DNA of 64,000 nucleotides from NCBI GenBank assembly GCA_028284325.1, contig JANQRX010000011.1:11792-75791 (forward strand), in the 5' to 3' direction. Made by a program: the position numbers and the translations under genes. The notes under the pieces are model-generated. The model searched no databases. It was not told where the DNA came from and worked only from the letters and a program-made list of their open reading frames with translations. Of this stretch, positions 60,059 through 64,000 are shown piece after piece. The DNA is from Bauldia sp. (GTDB lineage Bacteria > Pseudomonadota > Alphaproteobacteria > Rhizobiales > Kaistiaceae). Every line of letters begins with the position of its first letter. Positions within the stretch are counted from its first letter, which is position 1.

Positions 60059-60553
60059 ATGGCGACGGGCGAGGACAGCGCGGCGGCTCGCTTCGCCGAC
60101 ATCGCCGCGACGGAGGAGTCGGGACAGATCTTCGCGGCGCTCGACCGGATGGCGCAGGATCTTGTCGGCGCCCGGCTGGTGTCGTGCTCCGTGTTCGACG
60201 AAGCCACATGGCAGGCGCGGCGCGTCTACACCAACAACCCGGACGTCTATCCGCTGTCCGGCCTGAAGGCCGTCACGCCCAGCCGGTGGACTGAGACCGT
60301 GCTCGACAACGGGCAGATCTTCGTCGCCAACTCCATCGACGAGATCGCCGAGGTCTTCCCCGACCACCCGACCATTGCTGGGCTCGGCCTGGGCGCGGCC
60401 ATGAACCTTCCCGTCCGGCTTGCCGGCGCGTTTCTGGGCACCGTCAATCTGCTGGACAAACCCGGCGCCTACGGCCCGGATCAGCTCGAGGCGGCCAAGG
60501 ACCTCCGCCTTCCTGCGATCGCCGCCTTCTGCAGCCTGCATCACGGCGGGTGA
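60059..60553 (+). CDS. GAF domain-containing protein
   Basis: 164 aa. Starts 1 nt after the M24 stop. The fold assignment comes from general resemblance to small stand-alone GAF proteins (...LNLPVRLAGAFLGTVNLLD...), so confidence is moderate. Confidence 0.6.
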   Translation: MATGEDSAAARFADIAATEESGQIFAALDRMAQDLVGARLVSCSVFDEATWQARRVYTNNPDVYPLSGLKAVTPSRWTETVLDNGQIFVANSIDEIAEVFPDHPTIAGLGLGAAMNLPVRLAGAFLGTVNLLDKPGAYGPDQLEAAKDLRLPAIAAFCSLHHGG

Positions 60554-60561
60554 CCGCGACG

Positions 60562-60648
60562 CCCTACCGGTCGAACGGTGCGACCGTGACGCGTCGGCTG
60601 AGGAGGAAGGCGTCGGCCACATGGGCGAGCGGCTACAGATCCATGTCG
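60562..60648 (-). repeat. direct repeat copy A: displaced, decayed 3' end of the dehydrogenase gene
   Basis: 87 nt, 76/87 identical to 62150-62236. On the minus strand it reads DMDL*PLAHVADAFLLSRRVTVAPFDR*. The live gene end reads DMDLSPLAHVADAFLLGRRLTAAPFNW*. Confidence 0.9.
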
Positions 60649-62149
60649 CTGCCCGTCAACCGATCATGCGAAGGGCCGCTCCCTCGACTTCGTCCGTCCG
60701 CCTTGTCCAGCCCCTGCCGAACGTTTCCCAGGTCTTGAGCGAGCGGTAGTAGTCCATGCGAAGCTGGCTGAATCGGCGAACGACCCATGACGCATCGAGA
60801 CTGTCGACCGCGCCGACGGTGATCGGGCCGATCACGCCATCGGCATTGGCACCGCAAACGCGCTGAAGCAGCTTCGCAGATCGGCCCGGGCCGGCGTTGA
60901 CGCCGAAGTCGAACGTCACGAGATCGACGCCGTGCGGGAGGCTATCGCAGTTGAGCGGCTTCCAATACCTGGCCTCGTAGATGTTCCGCGCTTCTTCCTC
61001 GGTCAGGTCCTTCACGTCCTGCTTGGTGATGGCGGTACCGCGCCAGTCTTTCAGCGTGTTGAAGGTGATACCCATATTGGTGGCGCCGCCGGGATCGTTC
61101 GGGTGATCGACATAGCCGCCCTCCTTTTCCAGGATGATGGCGACACAACGCTTGAAGTTCGACGGTTTTGGCTGCTCGGGGACCGGCTCGACCCGGACTG
61201 ACCTTTCCTTGAGAATCGCCTCCGTCTGCTCCGCCTGGCGCTCGATGATTCTCGCCGACTCGCTGGCGGTCTTGGCCTGTATCTCGACGGCCGCGAAATC
61301 CTTGTTGCGTGAGCCCTGCGACGACCCGAGCCAGAAGCTGATCACGGTGGCGAAACCCGCGGTCAGCGCACCGATGGCGATGTTGACGATCTGCGAGACT
61401 TCTTTGACGAGTTCATTGGTCGACGGGTTGAACCAATTGCTGACCAGAACAGCGAGAATCCAGAAGAAGCCGACAGAGACGACCAGCGAGATGACGACCG
61501 GCCCCCAGGCAAAGGGATTGCGAGCCCTCGCCAAGTCAGCGAAGCTCGTCCGCGCGGCTTGCGTGTCCGCGATTTCCGCCTGGAACTTACGGAAATCGTC
61601 GTCCCGCAGTTTCGCGTCCTCCTCAAACCGCAGTCGCATCGCCTCCATTTCGGCTTTGCGCTGTGCCTCAGCCTGCTCGATCTGCAGTTTCTGCTCGGCG
61701 AGTTCGTGCTCGCGACGCTTTTGCTCTTCTTCCGCCGCTATTTCGGCAAGCTTGATTTTCAGTTCCTTCTCCGCGGCCGGATCGCTCTCGATCTTCTTCT
61801 GTGCGTCGGCCGGAACGGATGTTCCGGCAGCGTTGCTCACCGCTTTTGTCACGGCATCGACAACACCTGCGGAATCGCCGCCTATGACGGCTTTCAAGAT
61901 GTCCGGAAAAACCGACGCCGCGATCGCGACCAACGGATTCATGATGCCGCCCTCCCAAATACAATCTTGGGTTGACAGTAGTTAAAGTTGTGGCGGCGTG
62001 CAACCGTACGTGCCCCTTGGCTGGAGCGGCGGTTCGGATTGCGATCGACCGTTGCGCTTGGGCGTCGGACGACCCTTCGGGCCGGGGTGTGGCCAGGAGC
62101 GACCGACACCGTCCGTAGCGGAAACGGGCCCGCAGGCCCTACACCGACT
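60649..62149. mobile_element. 1.5-kb single-gene cassette between 87-bp direct repeats (no recombinase)
   Basis: Lies between repeat copies A and B. Contains only the holin-like/GH108 gene plus about 200 nt of upstream DNA. GC is lower than the flanks (48-63% on lines I counted). Confidence 0.45.
60656..61942 (-). CDS. fusion protein: holin-like N-terminal membrane/coiled-coil module + GH108 N-acetylmuramidase + PG_binding_3
   Basis: 428 aa. The N-terminal module is a Gly/Ala amphipathic head, a Glu/Lys/Gln coiled coil, and TM helices WGPVVISLVVSVGFFWILAVLV and IVNIAIGALTAGFATVISFWLG. The C-terminal part has the GH108 signature ILEKEGGYVDHPNDPGGATNMGIT followed by DGVIGPITVGAV, a peptidoglycan-binding region. 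RBS GGGAGGG. Confidence 0.8.
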   Translation of the reverse strand: MNPLVAIAASVFPDILKAVIGGDSAGVVDAVTKAVSNAAGTSVPADAQKKIESDPAAEKELKIKLAEIAAEEEQKRREHELAEQKLQIEQAEAQRKAEMEAMRLRFEEDAKLRDDDFRKFQAEIADTQAARTSFADLARARNPFAWGPVVISLVVSVGFFWILAVLVSNWFNPSTNELVKEVSQIVNIAIGALTAGFATVISFWLGSSQGSRNKDFAAVEIQAKTASESARIIERQAEQTEAILKERSVRVEPVPEQPKPSNFKRCVAIILEKEGGYVDHPNDPGGATNMGITFNTLKDWRGTAITKQDVKDLTEEEARNIYEARYWKPLNCDSLPHGVDLVTFDFGVNAGPGRSAKLLQRVCGANADGVIGPITVGAVDSLDASWVVRRFSQLRMDYYRSLKTWETFGRGWTRRTDEVEGAALRMIG

Positions 62150-62236
62150 CCCTACCAGTTGAACGGTGCGGCCGTGAGGCGGCGGCCGAGCAGGAAGGCG
62201 TCGGCCACATGGGCGAGTGGCGAGAGGTCCATGTCG
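62150..62236 (-). repeat. direct repeat copy B (functional 3' end of the dehydrogenase gene)
   Basis: See copy A. It includes the stop codon and 2 nt beyond it. Confidence 0.9.
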
Positions 62237-63090
62237 ATCCCCCCGGCGTGGACCAGCGCCGCCATCCGGGCATAGAGCCGCGGATACTCGCCCTGCAGCG
62301 CGTCGTCGCCGGCGGGCGCGGCCTGGACGTCGCCGTCGATCGCGAGTTTCGCCCCGCCCTCGGACAACAGCATGTAGCCGCCATTGGTCTCGGCCTCGAT
62401 GGTCCAGGTCTGGTCGCCCTCCTGGCGCCAGTCGAACGCGGCCGAGATGTCGGCGCCGTGCGGATGCGCGAAGGCAAGCGAGGCGGCGATGGGCGTCTCG
62501 CAATTCTCGGGGAACTCCAGCGTCGCCGCGGTCAGCCGGATCGGATCGGGCAGGATCCTGGTCACGATCGACAGCGCGTTGATGCCGGGATCGAAGACGC
62601 CGACGCCGCCGGCCTGCCAGATCCATTCCTGCCCCGGATGCCAGCGGCGCACGTCCTCCTTCCAGACGACCTTCAGCGACCGCAGATGCTTGTCCGCAAG
62701 CCAGGCCCTCGCCGCCTCGACCTGGGCGGCCTCACGCGAATGCCAGGTGGCGTAGATCGAAACGCCGGCCGCCCGTGCCATCGCCTCAAGCTGTTGGCAT
62801 TCGGACAGTGTCGCGCCGGGCGGCTTCTCCAGCATCACATGGCGGCCGGCCTGCAGCGCCGCTGCGGCGTAGTCGAAGCGCGGCACCGGCGGCATGCACA
62901 GGGACACGACCTCGACATCCGGACGGGCGGCCAGGAAGGTGTCCAGATCGGTGAAAGCCTCCACGCCGTCGACGCGGCCGTGGCGGGAAACCGTCGCCGC
63001 CAGCTCCCAGTCCGGCGACGCAGCGATGCTCGGCACGTGCTGATCGTGGGCAATCTTGCCGATACCGGCAAGGGCGATCTTCCGCGTCAT
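62152..63090 (-). CDS. Gfo/Idh/MocA family oxidoreductase (D-galactose/L-arabinose 1-dehydrogenase-like)
   Basis: ATG at 63090 (MTRKIALAGIGKIAHDQHVP) within ORF 62152..63693. LEKPP motif. 312 aa. Confidence 0.85.
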   Translation of the reverse strand: MTRKIALAGIGKIAHDQHVPSIAASPDWELAATVSRHGRVDGVEAFTDLDTFLAARPDVEVVSLCMPPVPRFDYAAAALQAGRHVMLEKPPGATLSECQQLEAMARAAGVSIYATWHSREAAQVEAARAWLADKHLRSLKVVWKEDVRRWHPGQEWIWQAGGVGVFDPGINALSIVTRILPDPIRLTAATLEFPENCETPIAASLAFAHPHGADISAAFDWRQEGDQTWTIEAETNGGYMLLSEGGAKLAIDGDVQAAPAGDDALQGEYPRLYARMAALVHAGGIDMDLSPLAHVADAFLLGRRLTAAPFNW

Positions 63091-63104
63091 CGGTGTTTCG
63101 TCCC

Positions 63105-64000
63105 TCAGAAGTGCCGGGGCGGCTCCGGCCTGTTGTCGACCACGGCTTCGATGGCCTCGGCCAGATCGTCGGTGAAACGGTCGCGCGCATCGAGGGCCGC
63201 AAGGTTGTCCTGGAGCTGCTCGAGGCGCGAGGCGCCGAGGATGACGGTCGAGACGTGCGGATTGCGCAGACACCACAGCAGCGCCATGTGGTGCAGCGGC
63301 AGGCCCGCGTCGTCGGCCAGCTTGGCGAGTTTCGCGACGATCGCCAGCCTGAGCCGCCCTTCCTCCGACTCCCAGCGCTCCTTCAGCCATTCGTAGCCCG
63401 GCAGGTTCATGCGGCTGTCGGCAGGCACGCCGTCGGCGTACTTGTTGGTGAGCACGCCGGAGGCGAGCGGCGACCAGATGGTGGTGCCGAGACCGACGAG
63501 GTCGTAGAGCGGCAGGTAGTCGCCCTCGACCTTGGTCCGTTCGAACAGATTGTACTCCGGCTGCTCCATCGTCGGCGGCGTCAGGCCGTTGGCGCGGGCA
63601 AAGCCCCAGGCCTCGGTGATCTGCTGCGCCGACCATTCCGACGTGCCCCAATAGAGGACCTTCCCCTGCGTCACCAGGTTGTGCATCGCCCACACGGTCT
63701 CTTCGATCGGCGTGTCGATGTCGGGCCGGTGGCAGAAGTAGAGGTCGAGGTAATCGACCTCCAGCCGCCGCAGCCCGGCGTGGCAGGCGTCGGTGATGTG
63801 CTTGCGCGACAGGCCCCGGTTCATCGGCCCCCGGCCGCCGAAGAACACCTTGGTCGACACGGCATAGGTATCGCGCGGCCAGGCCAGGCGCTTCAGTGCC
63901 TCGCCCATGACCTTTTCGGCGTTGCCCGCCTCGTAGCCCTCGGCGTTGTCGAAGAAATTGACGCCGCCATCATAGGCTTCGGCCATCATCGAGGTCGCCA
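63105..64000 (-). CDS. aldo/keto reductase (Kv-beta-like), 5' end beyond window
   Basis: Motifs FDNAEGY, LDLYFCHRPD and VSTVILGASR. The reading frame is still open at position 64000. Confidence 0.88.
   Translation of the reverse strand, partial: ATSMMAEAYDGGVNFFDNAEGYEAGNAEKVMGEALKRLAWPRDTYAVSTKVFFGGRGPMNRGLSRKHITDACHAGLRRLEVDYLDLYFCHRPDIDTPIEETVWAMHNLVTQGKVLYWGTSEWSAQQITEAWGFARANGLTPPTMEQPEYNLFERTKVEGDYLPLYDLVGLGTTIWSPLASGVLTNKYADGVPADSRMNLPGYEWLKERWESEEGRLRLAIVAKLAKLADDAGLPLHHMALLWCLRNPHVSTVILGASRLEQLQDNLAALDARDRFTDDLAEAIEAVVDNRPEPPRHF

Noticed and set aside
61943-62000. CtrA-type box (TTAA-N7-TTAAC) upstream of the holin-muramidase gene, which would link it to GTA regulation
   Set aside because: Only a partial match is present (TTAA-N7-CAAC on the coding strand). 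That is too weak to call. A TTGCAC-N17-TACTGT sigma70-like promoter is equally speculative.

Overview
High-GC (about 65-68% by eye) alphaproteobacterial DNA, most likely a Hyphomicrobiales/Rhizobiales-type chromosome or chromid. It is densely coding: about 58 CDS and 1 intact tRNA. I found no rRNA, no CRISPR array, and no integrase or transposase in any frame. Many long ORFs in the supplied track are Arg/Pro/Ala-rich antisense or out-of-frame artefacts of the GC content. I re-derived start codons by reading the sequence.

Layout:
- 1-7.1 kb: housekeeping genes (aminotransferase fragment, mscL, DUF4212 plus sodium:solute symporter, pip, DUF952, pyrD).
- 7.19-15.86 kb: tRNA-Gly(CCC) followed by an 8.6-kb segment. 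The segment carries an IclR regulator, a family-5 ABC importer and a GH172/DUF2961 enzyme. It ends in a 50-nt copy of the tRNA 3' half, which is an integrase-less island signature. A decayed initiator-tRNA-like fragment lies in the same junction.
- 15.87-25.3 kb: a sugar-acid-like catabolic cluster (Gfo/Idh/MocA, SDR, GlxA regulator, DapA-family lyase, CUT1 ABC importer, cytoplasmic BNR/Asp-box protein).
- 25.7-26.4 kb: a low-GC single-gene islet encoding a HEPN-motif protein.
- 26.4-30.4 kb: putA and an Lrp-type regulator.
- 30.5-46.5 kb: a glycoside utilisation locus (2 LacI regulators, GH78, GH2, GH1-like, two CUT1 importers sharing one ATPase).
- 46.6-58.1 kb: a nine-gene minus-strand operon. 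It joins hydroxyproline catabolic genes, a thiol-less proline-racemase paralogue, HyuA/HyuB lactamase-type enzymes and a CUT2 ABC importer. A GntR / Xaa-Pro peptidase / GAF unit is transcribed divergently.
- 60.56-62.24 kb: a 1.6-kb cassette with one gene, a holin-like membrane domain fused to a GH108 muramidase. It is bracketed by 87-bp imperfect direct repeats that duplicate the 3' end of the neighbouring dehydrogenase gene.
- Then a Gfo/Idh/MocA dehydrogenase and a truncated aldo/keto reductase.

The holin-muramidase cassette, the solo HEPN islet and the hybrid Hyp/HyuAB operon are the best candidates for something not yet described. All family assignments come from motif recognition by eye and need profile searches.
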